A stretch of 64,000 nucleotides of DNA from Coriobacteriales bacterium (GTDB taxonomy: Bacteria > Actinomycetota > Coriobacteriia > Coriobacteriales > UBA8131), in assembly GCA_031263105.1 (NCBI GenBank), contig JAISGJ010000173.1, positions 940-64,939 on the forward strand. The letters run 5' to 3'. Below the pieces are notes generated by a model. It had not been told where the DNA came from. It worked only from the letters and a program-made list of their open reading frames with translations, and ran no database searches. This document shows, one piece after another, positions 19,901 through 28,787 of the stretch. Numbering within the stretch: the first letter of the stretch is position 1; every line of letters starts with the position of its first letter. The translations under genes and the position numbers were made by a program.

Positions 19901-22900
19901 CCGCCCATGAGGCGTACGATGTTGAGCGCATATGCGGAACCTCCGGCGATATAGATGCCGCCACCGCTCGCCGCGCTGTTGTCCTCTATCGCAACATCGC
20001 GCTGGCAGAGCTCGGATTTGACAGGATTGGAAGCGTAGTTGCTGCCTACTCCGACGTAGATGCCGCCGCCGTTGCCCGCCGCCGTGTTGTTTGCAATCAG
20101 GCCTTTGTCAAGGTTTATGGCAGCCGTCGACGTGTTGGAGCTATTGACGTATATCCCGCCGCCGCCGTAGGTGGGGCTGCCGGTGCCGGTCGTGGTGTTG
20201 TAGGTTATATCACTGCCATCAAGGGTCAGGATCGCCGTTGCCCGGTCATTGTTGACGCTGACCCCGCCGCCGCTGTTAATGGCCGTATTGCCGGTGATCT
20301 CGCCGCCGTTAAGGTTCAGGCTAAACGTCCCTCCTCCGTAACTATAGTTCGTGCCGTAGCCGATACCACCGCCGTTGGTGGCCGTATTGCCGCTTATCTC
20401 TCCATCGTTTATGGTGACGACGACCGAACTGGAGGAGCCACTGGTCTCCGCAAGGACGGCGCCGCCTGAGTTGCCTCCCTTGTTGTTTGTAAGCTTGCCG
20501 CTTTCCATCGTAAAGGTGGCCGGCGAGCCGTTCGTTGCGATCCATATCAGCGGCTGGTTGTTGTTGGTGTAGGTGTTCTTTTTGCCGTCGAGCGTCACGC
20601 CGTCGAGCGTGAAGGTCGCACCGCTGCCAACCGTGATCATCGCAAAGCCAGTCGCCGCCCGGCTCACGGTCACGCCGTCCGGGTCGTAAGCCGGGTCATC
20701 CACATCCAGGGCCGCAGGGTCGGGAACGAGCCTCACGCTCTTGTTCGCAGCCAGCGTCGCCGTGGAGTCGGCATCGATGTCGTCCATGACATAGACGGTC
20801 ACCGGAGTGACGGCGGAAGCAACCGCAAAGGCCTTCGCAATTGTCAGGAAGGGCTCCTCCCTGCTGCCAAAGCCGGTCTCGTCACTGCCCGTGCTCTTTA
20901 CGTAGAGTTCCGAGACGGCGCTCAAGATATAGGTGTTGTTGTCCATGTCTTCCACTATGTGAACCAGGGGCGATTCGAGCCACAGATAGAGCGCCGCCTC
21001 CCCGGCGCTGACGGGCCCTCCGTCGGACTTCTCTGCGATGACCGTGCCCGCATCCGCGCTCATCTTGCCCTCGACGTTTATGCGCGCGTCGGTGTCAAGG
21101 TCGTCCTTTTGGGCGATGGTCAGGTTTGTGCGCAGGTAGATGCCGTTGTCCGTATCGTCCGCCCCGATATGAGGGCTGCCCTTTACGCGCAGCGTGCCGC
21201 CGTGATGGTCGATGGCTGCGCCGAGGGTGGCGGTGTTTCCCGTGATGAGCCCGCCGCTTATCTCGGCTGTTCCATTAAGGTAGATGGCACCGCCCTCCGT
21301 GGCGTGGTTGTTTGCGAGCACGCCGCTTTCGAGGACGAAGGTCCCGCCGACCCTGACAAGCGATTTGGTGTTCGCCGCAAAGTCCGCATCATCGCCGGCG
21401 CCGTCGAGCGTCACGTCGCGCCAAGTGAGTTTTCCGTCTGCCTGCACCAGGTTGATGTCATTCGCCGTGCGCGTGACGGTGATGTCTGCGGGGTCGCCGC
21501 CCGCATCCGGGTCGGCCTGCACCGTGATGGTCTTGCCGCTTATGACGGTGGCGGGCGCGGGAGCGACCGTGTCGTCCATGACGTAGACGTCCGAGGATGC
21601 GCCCGGCGCGGCTACGTCAAAGGCACGCGCGAGCGTCTTGAAGGGATAGGCCTTCGTGCCGTCGCCGCCTCTGTCGTCGCCGCTGCCGCTCACGTAGAGG
21701 GCGCTCGGGCGCTGCAGGACGTACTGCCTCGTGCTCTGCGGGACGATGCGCAGGTCGCCGGGGCCCTGCCAGTGGTAATGCGCCGCCTCTGGATCGTTGA
21801 CATTCACGCCGTTCGCCGTCTTGCTTGCGATGAGGGAGTTGGTTGCGATGTCTGCCCGGTCCTCGATGACGATGAAGGCGCCGCCGCCCAGGTCGCCGTC
21901 ATGGGAGATGGTCATGCCGGTATTCAGATAGACGCCGTTGTCCGTGGCGCTCGCGCCGATGTGCGGCGAGCCTTTCACGCGCAGGACAGAGGATGTGCCG
22001 CTGTGGTAGATGGCCGCGCCGATCATGGCGGTGTTTCCCGTTATGAGCCCGCCGCTTATCTCGGCTACAGCGTTGTCGCCCAGCGCTATGGCACCGCCGT
22101 TCGTCGCCTTGTTGCCCTCTATCGTCGTGCCGGTGAGGGACAGCGAGGAACTCTGGTAGCGGTTCGAGTAAAGGTAGACGGCACCGCCGTTTGCTGCCTC
22201 GTTGTCGTGTATGCTGCCGCCCCTCAGCTCGATCGTCACAAGGGGAACCGAGCCCCAACTGGTATAGCCGTCCCCCCGGATGGCGCCGCCGTCCTTTCCG
22301 TGGTTGTTTCGTATCTCGCCGTCTTCCAAAATAAAGGCAGCGGTGCCTGTGGCGTTCCCGGCATTGACGTACACCGCCGGAAACTCGTTCTCGGGGCAGG
22401 CTGCCTTTGCGCCGTCGAGGATGAGGCCGTCAAGCGTGAGTACGCCGCCGTTTTGTACTTCGAGCAGCGCAAAGCCCTCCGCCGTGCGCGTGGCGGTGAC
22501 GTCCGCCGGGGCCCCGGGGTCGTCGTCAGGCCTCAAGACGATGTTCTTGCCCGCTGTCACCACGGCGGTCACGGAAACGTCTATATCGTCCATCACATAG
22601 ACCGTGCTGCAATCATCGGGGTTGCCAGGATCGTCTGGAAGCGCCATCCTGAAGGCCTTCGCCAACGTCGCAAAGGGATGGGCGCGGCTTCCGTCGCCGC
22701 TCACGTCGTCGCCGTGTGCACTGACGTAGAGCCCGGCCCCGCCCTGCAGGACGTACTGCTGCGACGTACCGGAGGGCACGATGCCCACGGATGCCGGGCC
22801 CTGCCATACGTAGTGGGCCGCCTCTTCGGGAGAAACGGTTGCGCCGTCGGCCTTGTCCGCGATGACGCTCCCCGCGCTCGAGCCGGGCTTGTCCTCTATG

Positions 22901-25900
22901 ACGACGAGGGCGTCCGCTTCGAGGTCGCCCTGCTGCTTGACCGTGAACGTCTCTGCGGGCAGATAGACGCCGTTGTCCGAAGCGCTCGTGCCGATTTGAA
23001 TGGAGGCGCCCACATACAGCAGCTGCGCAGAGTGGTAAGCGCCCTCCTGGAAACCGACCGCTCCGCCGTGCCCGCCTGCGCCCACGGTATTGCCCGTGAT
23101 CACGCCTCCCGTGAGGACTGCGCGGGCGCCGGCGGCGTTGCTGTAGTTATAGGCGCTTCCCAGGTAGACGCCGCCGCCGTTCGAGGCCGTATTGCCGCTG
23201 ACCGTACCGCCTGTCTGATAGAAGTAGGCCGGGGAACCGGTGTTCACAAAGTAGACCGGCGCTCCATAGGCGTACACGCCGCCGCCGACCCCTGACGCCG
23301 TGTTGTCTCGTATGACGCCGTCCCCCTCCAACCGAACCGCTACCGTCGAGGCACCGGAATACGTGTTGTTGAAAACGTAGGCACCGCCGCCATTGGCCGC
23401 ATCGTTGCCGTATATCTCGCCGCCCTTGATAAGGGCGGTCGCGTTGGCAGGGTCGGGATAGGCTATTGTAGCGATTGCTTCTACCCGTAGCGCGCCGCCG
23501 TTTGTCGCGTGGTTGTTTGTGAGCGCGCCGCCCAACATGGTAAAGAGCGCCGGTTGGCCGTTGGAATTGATGTTGTTCAAACTGCCATTGACGTGTATGA
23601 GAGGCTCGGTATTCGTCGGATAGGCGGTTTTATTCCCATCTATCGTCACGTCGACAAGGGTGAGCGATGCACCCGCCTGTGTGCTCGAATTCACCCGTAT
23701 AAGGGCGGCGTTATCCACGGTGCGGACGAGCCTTACCGTGCCGGGAGCAGCCTGGGGATCTTCGGCGAGCACTATGTTCCTGCCGCCGGCGACCTCCGCC
23801 GTCGCAGGGACCTCGACCTCGTCCATGATGTAGACGGTCGTCTTTTCCGCTGCGGGCGACGCCGCCGCAAACGCGCGGCTTATGGTCTTGAAGGGTCTCG
23901 CGCGATTGCCGAGGCCGTCCGCGTCGTCGCCGACGCTCGATACATAGAACTCCGGCTCGCCGCTGAGGATGTAGGAGGAGGGCGCCAGGGCCTTTACGCT
24001 CAGCCCGTTGCCGGGCTGCCAAAGGTACGCGGCGGCTTCCGTGTCGGAGACCTCCGCATCGCTTTTCGTGACGAGCAGCGTGCCAACGTTCGCGTCCGGC
24101 TTGCCCTCGATGTTCACGCGGGCGCCCTCGTCCGCAAACGAGCCGCTCTGGTTGACCTTGTAGGCGCCCGCAGGCAGGTAGACGCCGTTGTCAGCGCCTG
24201 TCGTGCCGATCGTCACCGAACCGCCTACGTAGAGAAGCTGCTGCGTAGGCAAGGAGCCCGCAAAGCCGACCGCCGTGCCTCTGCCGGCGGGGTCGGTGAC
24301 CGTATTGCCCGTCACGCTCCCGCCTGTGAGGCGGGCGGTGGCGATGGCGTTCGAGCCGCCTGCGGACACATAGAGGCCCCCGCCGTTACGGGCGCTGTTG
24401 CCACAGACCGTGCCTCCCGTCTGAGCGAAGGCGGTCGCACGTTGGGCGCCGGCGTTCAGAAAGACGCCGCCGCCTGCCGCACCCGTGCCTCCGACGACGA
24501 CGTTGCCCTGTATCGCGCCGCCGTCCATGGTGCAGGAGACGTTCCCCGCAAGAGAGACACCGCCGCCGCCAAAGGCCGACGCGCTGGCACTCTCCGCCCT
24601 GTTGCCGCTGATGGCCGTGCCCTCCAGGCTGACATATGACTCATGGCCGGCATAGGAGCCTGTCGCGCTCACGTACATGCCTCCGCCGTTGCCGTTTGCC
24701 GCAACGTTACCGGTGATGCTGCCGCCCCTCAGGGCGATCTGAAGCGAGGTGTTCCCCCAGTCCGCCTCCGCGACGAGGGCGCCGCCGTTGCCGGCGCGAT
24801 TGTTTTTCAGGGTCCCGCTTTCCATCGTGAACCGAGCGGACGCACCGGTGCTGCTGCCGGGAGAGACGGTGACCAATGACGTGGTGTTGCCGGCATAGGT
24901 CTCTTTGGCGCCGTCTATCGTCAGATCCTCGAGCGTAAGCCTGCCGTCGGCACCCACCTGCAAAAGGGTGCTCGATGTGCCGCGCGTGAGCGTCACGGGC
25001 ATGACCGTCTCAGGGTCCGGGTCGGCACGCAGGACGATGTTCCTGTTCGCCAAGACCGCCGCCGTCGCCGCAACCGTGACGTCGTCCATCACGTTGACCG
25101 TCGACTGCGCCGTCAGCGAAGCCGTCTCAAAGGCGCGTCGCAGCGTCGCAAAGGGATGGTCCCGCGAGCCGTCGCCCGCTGTATCGTTGCCGCCGCCGGC
25201 CTCGCTCTTGACATATATCGTCTTCAGGCCGTCGATGACGTAGGTGGTGCCGTCGCCCGCAGGCTGTGCGGCGATGCGCTGTAGGGGGCTTGCCTGCCAA
25301 TGGTAGCGGTCCTCCTCTTCGACCGTGGCGGCTCCGCCGTCCGTCCGGGTGGCAATGACCGTGCCGAGCGCGTTGGGGCTGCCTGTCCTGCCTTCGATGT
25401 TGATCCGCGCCTCTGCCCCGAGGTCGCCGCTCTGAGCGATGCTGCTCGCAGCTCCATACGCGAAGAAGATGCCGTTGTCGGTATCGCTCGTGCCCACCTG
25501 CGGGCTTCCGCTCACCGTGATGAGGTTCACGGCGTTTTGCGCCTGATAGACAGCTGCACCGCGATCGGCGGGGGCCGTATTGTTCGTGATGACGCCGCCC
25601 GTGAGCGTTGCCCGTGCGCCTGCGCCCGTCAGGTAGACGGCACCGCCGTACTGGGTGGCCGTGTTGCCGTCTATCTCGCCGCCCTCCACGTCGACCTGCG
25701 CCCTGCCCGTCGTCGCGCTCACGCTCACGGCACCGCCGTTCACGGCCCTGTTGCCGCGCATCTCGCCGCTGCGCAGGACAAAACGTGCCGTGGCGCTCGG
25801 TATCGAGGCCCGCACCGTGACCGGCGAGGAGGCGTTCGAGACGTTGTTTCTCAAGGATGCGCCGTCAAGAACCACCTCTGCGACAGCGTCTGCCGTGTTG

Positions 25901-28734
25901 CCCTGGACCTCTACAAGGGGGCCGGCGTTCGTTGCCACCGCACCGTTGCCGTCCAGCGCCACGTCGCCGAGCGTCAGCGTCGCCGACCCCGAAACCGAGA
26001 GCATGGTGCCCGTGAAGCCGGCGGCGCGCCGTATCTCGACCTCCTCCTCGTCTGTGGCAAGGCGCATGAGACGTGCCGCCTTTGAGTCCGACAGCACGGC
26101 GGTTTGGGCGTGCGCCAGGTCGTCCATGACCACGACGGCGGCGGGCGTGTCTTCCTCCACCGCAGAGAAGGCCTTGGCTATCGTGGCATAGGGCTTCTCT
26201 TTCGTGCCGAGGCCCGTCGTGTCGTTGCCCCAGGATGCGACATAGATGGTCGCGGCACCGGGCCCGAAGACATAGCTGTTCGCCTCGGTCTCGGGCAGGA
26301 TGGAGAAGTCCTGGTAGAGATAGTAGACGCGCTCTGCCTCCGTCTCGTTCACGGCCGCTCCGCCCTGCTTGGTGGCGACGACCGTGCCGATGCCGGCGTT
26401 CGCCTTGTTCTCCACGCAGAGCATGCCGCCTGTGGGGATGTCGCCTTCAAGGGTGAGGGAGAGGTTCTGCGAGCCGAAGAGGATGCCCTCCGTCCCCGCG
26501 CTGTCCCCAATGACGACCGTGCCCTTCACGACGAGCTCCGGTGCCTGCGCTCCTTCGCCGAAGAGGTACAGGGCCCCGCCCATGCGCTCGGGCGCACGGT
26601 TGCCGCGTATGACGGTGCCCTCGTCGGCAACGAGGCGGCTGCCTCCCACGAGCGACACGCCGCCGCCGGTGAGGCTCGTGACGTTGCGCGTGATCGCCGT
26701 GTGGCGCGTGACGACTTCGGAGCCACCCTCTATCCTCAGCGCGGAGAGGCTGTTGGGAACCTCCTCGCCGTCGATGATGAGCGTGTCGAGCGCGAGCTTT
26801 GCTCCGCCTCGTACCTGGATGATATGCTGCCCGAAGTCCCCACGGCGTATTGTGGCAGGGCCTGCCTCGGCACCTGCCCAGGTGCACACCGTGACGTCGC
26901 CCTCGTTCAGGATGGCGATTGCGCGCTCGGTGACGCTTGACTTCACGTGGACGACACAGGCGACGCCCGCACCGCGCGGCAGTTCCTCGAACACGCGCGT
27001 AAGGGTCGCGAAGGGCCGGTCGAGCGAGCCTTTGCCAACGGCGTCGCTGCCGCCCTCCGCTTCTCCCGCGAGGTAGAAGTCGGTCTCGTGCACCGCAAGG
27101 ACGCAATCGCCCGCACTGCCGCCTGTGCCCGCAACGGCTTTATAGGCGATGGTCTGCCAGAAAAAGGCGGCCACGTCGCCGGCGGTCAGCCCCCCGCCCG
27201 GCTTCGTCGCAATCCGCCGCCCCACCCGTGCATCCTGATGGTTCTCGATATTGACATGCGCAGAGGCGCCGAGCGTCCCGGCGATGGTCAGCAGGGCGTT
27301 TGACGAGAGATAGATGCCGTTGTCGTCGTTTGCCGCGCCGACGCGCACGTCGCCTGAGAGGCTCATGGTGCCGGAGTAGAAGTAGACGCCCGAGCCGCCC
27401 TGCGTGGCGGTGTTGCCGGTGATGGTGCCGCCGGCCATGTCGAAGCGCGCCGCGTCGCCCATCACATAGACGCCGCCGCCCATGCCGGCGACGGTGTTGT
27501 TCCGTATCGTCGTGTCGTTCATGGCGAAGCTGCCATAGACCGCGACGGCGGCGTTCGAGCCGACGACCTGGCTGCCGTCGATGGTGAGGCCTTCGAGGGC
27601 GAGGGCGTTGCCGTTTGCGACATGCAGCAGGAAGCCATGGTAGCTCTGCGCGTCGTTGCCCGCATCCCGGTGGCGCGTGAGCGTGAGGGGGGCCATGCTG
27701 CCGGGAGCCCTCTTGAGGGCGATGCTGCGGGCGGGGATGCCCTTGGCCGGCGAGCCCGCGACGGTCGCCTCGCTCGCCAGCGTGAGGTCGTCCATAACGT
27801 AGACGGTGGCTACGGCGGCAGCCTCCTCGAAGGCCTTTCCCAGCGTGGCATAGGGATTCTGCTTCGTGCCGTTGCCGGCGTCGTCGTCGCCTGCGGAACC
27901 CACGTAGAGCTCCGACGCGTTGCCGGCACTGTCGAGGGGGCTTATGGAGGCAGGAGCGAACCTGTCGAGGGCTTCGGCAGAAGAGAGGGCGCCCCCTGCG
28001 GAACCGGGAGCCGTTTCGATGGGGTTGGAGGACGGCGCGTCTCCTGCCGGGCCGGGGCCGACGGACACGTCGGGCAAGGCGGCGGACTCGACGGGCCGGT
28101 CGGGCCGAGCAGGCTGGTCGGGCCGGTCGCTGCCCCCCTCACGGGAGGGATCGGGGGCCTCGATGCCGCCTGCGGCGCTGTCTGCGTCGGCATCGGCGCC
28201 AGAGCCGCTGGACGGCACGTCGCCGACGATGGGCATGTCGTCGTCTACAGAGACGTCCCCAGCAGCATCGGCGGGGCCGGCGGGGGCGGCGGCATCGGCG
28301 GGGCCGGCGGCCTCCTCCTCGGCGCCTGAAGGCACGGGGGGCTCGGCAGCATCGGCAGGCTCAGGCGAGCCGCCCGCAGGGGAAGAGGAATCGCCCTGCG
28401 TCCCGCTCCCACCGGAATCGCTGCCTGGGACAACAGGGTCAGAGGAGGCGGATCCGTCGTCCGAAGAAGAGGCGGCGACGTCGTCCGCAGGGCTGCCCGA
28501 TGCAGAGGTGCCCGGACCGAACTGCGCCGTCGCCACAAAGAACGCAAGCAGGAGACAGAGGGCGGAGCGGAGCACCCTCTGCGCAGACGCCCTACGCCTT
28601 GCCCGTGGCTTCCCGGGCACCGCACGTGCAGGGCGCACCGCCTGCGTCCCTGGCACCGTATGCGCCTGAGCCGGCCCTTGCCCCTTGGGCGCCGTCCACG
28701 GCTCGCTTGGCTCCAGCATCGTCTCCCTAGTCAT
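13975..28734 (-). CDS. giant (4,919 aa) secreted beta-helix-repeat cell-surface protein, putative adhesin
   Basis: Uninterrupted 14.76-kb ORF with SD AAGGGGG 5 nt before the ATG. The N-terminal basic region plus hydrophobic helix (RSALCLLLAFFVATAQF) looks like a signal peptide. There are 12 tandem modules of about 265-450 aa. Each opens with a P[FY]ATL..AF...VYVMDD segment and then Gly/Asn-rich turns (GGAIY, GNTA, NGGG) typical of right-handed parallel beta-helix / Pmp-type repeats. Each closes with VG..DTDNGIYL...GDL...ARVNIE. A PDPDPE-type proline linker and hydrophobic C-terminal segments follow. Confidence 0.9.
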   Translation of the reverse strand: MTRETMLEPSEPWTAPKGQGPAQAHTVPGTQAVRPARAVPGKPRARRRASAQRVLRSALCLLLAFFVATAQFGPGTSASGSPADDVAASSSDDGSASSDPVVPGSDSGGSGTQGDSSSPAGGSPEPADAAEPPVPSGAEEEAAGPADAAAPAGPADAAGDVSVDDDMPIVGDVPSSGSGADADADSAAGGIEAPDPSREGGSDRPDQPARPDRPVESAALPDVSVGPGPAGDAPSSNPIETAPGSAGGALSSAEALDRFAPASISPLDSAGNASELYVGSAGDDDAGNGTKQNPYATLGKAFEEAAAVATVYVMDDLTLASEATVAGSPAKGIPARSIALKRAPGSMAPLTLTRHRDAGNDAQSYHGFLLHVANGNALALEGLTIDGSQVVGSNAAVAVYGSFAMNDTTIRNNTVAGMGGGVYVMGDAARFDMAGGTITGNTATQGGSGVYFYSGTMSLSGDVRVGAANDDNGIYLSSNALLTIAGTLGASAHVNIENHQDARVGRRIATKPGGGLTAGDVAAFFWQTIAYKAVAGTGGSAGDCVLAVHETDFYLAGEAEGGSDAVGKGSLDRPFATLTRVFEELPRGAGVACVVHVKSSVTERAIAILNEGDVTVCTWAGAEAGPATIRRGDFGQHIIQVRGGAKLALDTLIIDGEEVPNSLSALRIEGGSEVVTRHTAITRNVTSLTGGGVSLVGGSRLVADEGTVIRGNRAPERMGGALYLFGEGAQAPELVVKGTVVIGDSAGTEGILFGSQNLSLTLEGDIPTGGMLCVENKANAGIGTVVATKQGGAAVNETEAERVYYLYQDFSILPETEANSYVFGPGAATIYVASWGNDTTGLGTKEKPYATIAKAFSAVEEDTPAAVVVMDDLAHAQTAVLSDSKAARLMRLATDEEEVEIRRAAGFTGTMLSVSGSATLTLGDVALDGNGAVATNAGPLVEVQGNTADAVAEVVLDGASLRNNVSNASSPVTVRASIPSATARFVLRSGEMRGNRAVNGGAVSVSATTGRAQVDVEGGEIDGNTATQYGGAVYLTGAGARATLTGGVITNNTAPADRGAAVYQAQNAVNLITVSGSPQVGTSDTDNGIFFAYGAASSIAQSGDLGAEARINIEGRTGSPNALGTVIATRTDGGAATVEEEDRYHWQASPLQRIAAQPAGDGTTYVIDGLKTIYVKSEAGGGNDTAGDGSRDHPFATLRRAFETASLTAQSTVNVMDDVTVAATAAVLANRNIVLRADPDPETVMPVTLTRGTSSTLLQVGADGRLTLEDLTIDGAKETYAGNTTSLVTVSPGSSTGASARFTMESGTLKNNRAGNGGALVAEADWGNTSLQIALRGGSITGNVAANGNGGGMYVSATGSYAGHESYVSLEGTAISGNRAESASASAFGGGGVSLAGNVSCTMDGGAIQGNVVVGGTGAAGGGVFLNAGAQRATAFAQTGGTVCGNSARNGGGLYVSAGGSNAIATARLTGGSVTGNTVTDPAGRGTAVGFAGSLPTQQLLYVGGSVTIGTTGADNGVYLPAGAYKVNQSGSFADEGARVNIEGKPDANVGTLLVTKSDAEVSDTEAAAYLWQPGNGLSVKALAPSSYILSGEPEFYVSSVGDDADGLGNRARPFKTISRAFAAASPAAEKTTVYIMDEVEVPATAEVAGGRNIVLAEDPQAAPGTVRLVRTVDNAALIRVNSSTQAGASLTLVDVTIDGNKTAYPTNTEPLIHVNGSLNNINSNGQPALFTMLGGALTNNHATNGGALRVEAIATIAYPDPANATALIKGGEIYGNDAANGGGAYVFNNTYSGASTVAVRLEGDGVIRDNTASGVGGGVYAYGAPVYFVNTGSPAYFYQTGGTVSGNTASNGGGVYLGSAYNYSNAAGARAVLTGGVITGNTVGAGGHGGAVGFQEGAYHSAQLLYVGASIQIGTSASDNGVYLPAETFTVKQQGDLEADALVVIEDKPGSSAGSVIADKADGATVSPEEAAHYVWQGPASVGIVPSGTSQQYVLQGGAGLYVSAHGDDVSGDGSRAHPFATLAKAFRMALPDDPGNPDDCSTVYVMDDIDVSVTAVVTAGKNIVLRPDDDPGAPADVTATRTAEGFALLEVQNGGVLTLDGLILDGAKAACPENEFPAVYVNAGNATGTAAFILEDGEIRNNHGKDGGAIRGDGYTSWGSVPLVTIELRGGSIHDNEAANGGAVYLYSNRYQSSSLSLTGTTIEGNKATNGGAIALGDNAVAEISGGLITGNTAMIGAAIYHSGTSSVLRVKGSPHIGASATDNGVYLNTGMTISHDGDLGGGAFIVIEDRADIATNSLIASKTANGVNVNDPEAAHYHWQGPGDLRIVPQSTRQYVLQRPSALYVSGSGDDRGGDGTKAYPFKTLARAFDVAAPGASSDVYVMDDTVAPAPATVISGKTITVQADPDAGGDPADITVTRTANDINLVQADGKLTWRDVTLDGAGDDADFAANTKSLVRVGGTFVLESGVLANNHATEGGAIYLNGTAEISGGLITGNTATLGAAIDHHGGTLRVKGSPHIGADDTDNGIYLRTNLTIAQKDDLDTDARINVEGKMSADAGTVIAEKSDGGPVSAGEAALYLWLESPLVHIVEDMDNNTYILSAVSELYVKSTGSDETGFGSREEPFLTIAKAFAVASAVTPVTVYVMDDIDADSTATLAANKSVRLVPDPAALDVDDPAYDPDGVTVSRAATGFAMITVGSGATFTLDGVTLDGKKNTYTNNNQPLIWIATNGSPATFTMESGKLTNNKGGNSGGAVLAETSGSSSSVVVTINDGEISGNTATNGGGIGYGTNYSYGGGTFSLNLNGGEITGNTAINSGGGVSVNNDRATAILTLDGSDITYNTTTGTGSPTYGGGGIYVNSSNTSTAAINLDKGLIANNTAAGNGGGIYVGVGSNYASNPVKSELCQRDVAIEDNSAASGGGIYIAGGSAYALNIVRLMGGTIGGNGEAVAFSGSGAASAPYNQLRISDSMRVGEDNTDNGIVLPVGYTVTQDGDLGTDAHVNIKSKGDEDYGVVLANKVDGEKPDADEALCYHYQSNNSLRVVPDADNDRYILTGSLDFYVSSGGNDVTGDGSRAKPFETLSHAFTRAWTTAPVTVYVMDDMDISSMATLTAGKNVTLAPDPEALDADGFEDDPDGEVTVTRAADGFAMIAVQGGATLTLDGVTLDGARNIYPDNNKPLVDASPAVNNTTTFIMKSGRLVSNDGANGGAIYTYADNSSRQVVITIEGGEISDNTANAGGGIYLENYQGPVTLNLTGGEIENNTAVDSGGALYVRSRGTMALNLSGGDISHNKAGGLVAPGGSNAGSGGGGIYISTESSAPALNLSGVALKENTALRGGGVYLYDYYGNPALNLTAGEIADNSATSGIGGGIYVRNYINSGAISVNLSGGTITGNGTALDFLGMGPNYEKVSVSGSVQVGTSNADNGIVLPANYTVTQNGDLADSARVNIASKASADFGTVIATKTAGNEINVPEAAHYYYQDNNALYVAPGAEESGQYVLTGRTDFYVSGSTGNDTAGDGSRENPLATIACAFERAWSTTPVTVYVMDDLDATATATLGTSTVPAKNVTLAPDPEALDEDGLDDDPDGEVTIRRAGSGFALLAVSHNSTLTLDGVTLDGKKDVYDTNNQPLVLVGAAYNTKAAFTMRSGRLIDNHGLNGGAIGTALTSSNGQALITVEGGEIRGNTATSGGGIYLQGNSYNRNTASANLLGGTISGNGTAVSFSGQAEYERLSLSGSVRIGTSDTDNGIVLPASSAIVQNGDLGTGARVNIASKAGEGFGVLVATKTAGDAPSDAEADLYHYQNNSSFCITADAANNQYVLAGRTVFFVSATGDDGARGTVEHPLRTIAAACALAPAGLPVTVYVMDDLAIATTATVGPNRDIALKPWAEAFPTPLLTRTDAFDGAFLTVETGVAGATLRVEGLTLDGNRSENALNTASLIAIRSVAAWQTARLWLTNVSLVNNRAACGGALSVSAAANALVAVSVNGGRMEGNRATGDGGALYLNNTATGANVRLDLAGVRIAGNEAACGGGLYLNDTTGGVDTTMVSLSDTTLEANGAASYGGAVYERNATLQLADVTSVGNTAPSDEGEPRVYGSAIYAEGGTVKLAGRMRIGADDADNGLYLADPDAAIRQTGDLEVGSNINLEGKAGAAQNTFIAFKEGSAATLLESDYFRWQAGQFRVVPDPAAQSYLLVPVANLYVSLELGDNSSGNGIVTSPYASIQRALEYAATSSYDYYNIFVMDSLSVGAEIVFPSGLSEKAVDVLKYPEAVGEVSLTRAAGYTGQLLRLEAGAVTLRNLSLDGNAEMQNTRPLVVVNGGSLVLHDAVLHANNATGVAGVDLRGAGSTFVMDSGRLFDLSSAEGTAAVQIQDGATFRMEGGEIAANRTSAGAADSAAGVAVMDGLFEMTGGDITENVGGHAVSVSSAGEMRVSGAVRVGVGPADNGIHLAADRTVTITGDLAEGACLVLAGKEGAVAGTAVAQKLAAEGESVAVLSEGEAQRLLWQQGGFSVGIGTAATVGFYVLLDTSVGFLSATADGVAESVDSTRIRLAFDSDVMGLSAGNTTLVPSGDGAVNGGTLTHVAFGVYDLSISGTWTEGAIVAVHVLQTGSVFVPTSRVATLHRAAAQPPEGPDPDPEVPETPDPDPEVPEGPDPDPETPEVPGPDPETPDVPGPEVPDGPEGPAGPGTPVSPGPVPSPASATPTAPTPAAAQASGPSTDSSGPSRDALSEQGSAEDTTTSTREEVDLAPLPEILDLSDGPVPLQAPTGNPIVDILEGRVPLGSLQLTGTWSLLNLGMTLVAVILSLGLVARALLRILRRRGAASDTDEGSERDAGTKSRGAPLRILALAMGVFVLVAELRLEDFSQPMSWINQWTLLIGAAFAVQLLLLLLCTVVAGNRQVPSKRRCVQKGA
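14560..14838 (-). repeat. proline-rich PE/PD tandem-repeat linker inside the giant gene
   Basis: Encodes PPEGPDPDPEVPETPDPDPEVPEGPDPDPETPEVPGPDPETPDVPG... The nucleotide sequence is visibly reiterated (CACCTCCGGGTCAGGGTC units). Confidence 0.8.
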
Positions 28735-28787
28735 GGTTGCCCCCTTGTCGCATCGTCACGTCGTCTCTGTTGCCTCGTTGCCGAAGG

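Noticed and set aside
14496-28669. Dozens of + strand and off-frame ORFs (up to 778 aa, e.g. 14848-16536, 17755-19860, 20959-23295) inside the giant gene
   Set aside because: They are antisense or alternate-frame shadow ORFs produced by about 65-70% GC and the scarcity of stop codons. Their translations are Arg/Gly/Ala/Pro/His-rich without any motif, whereas the minus-strand frame gives a coherent modular protein.
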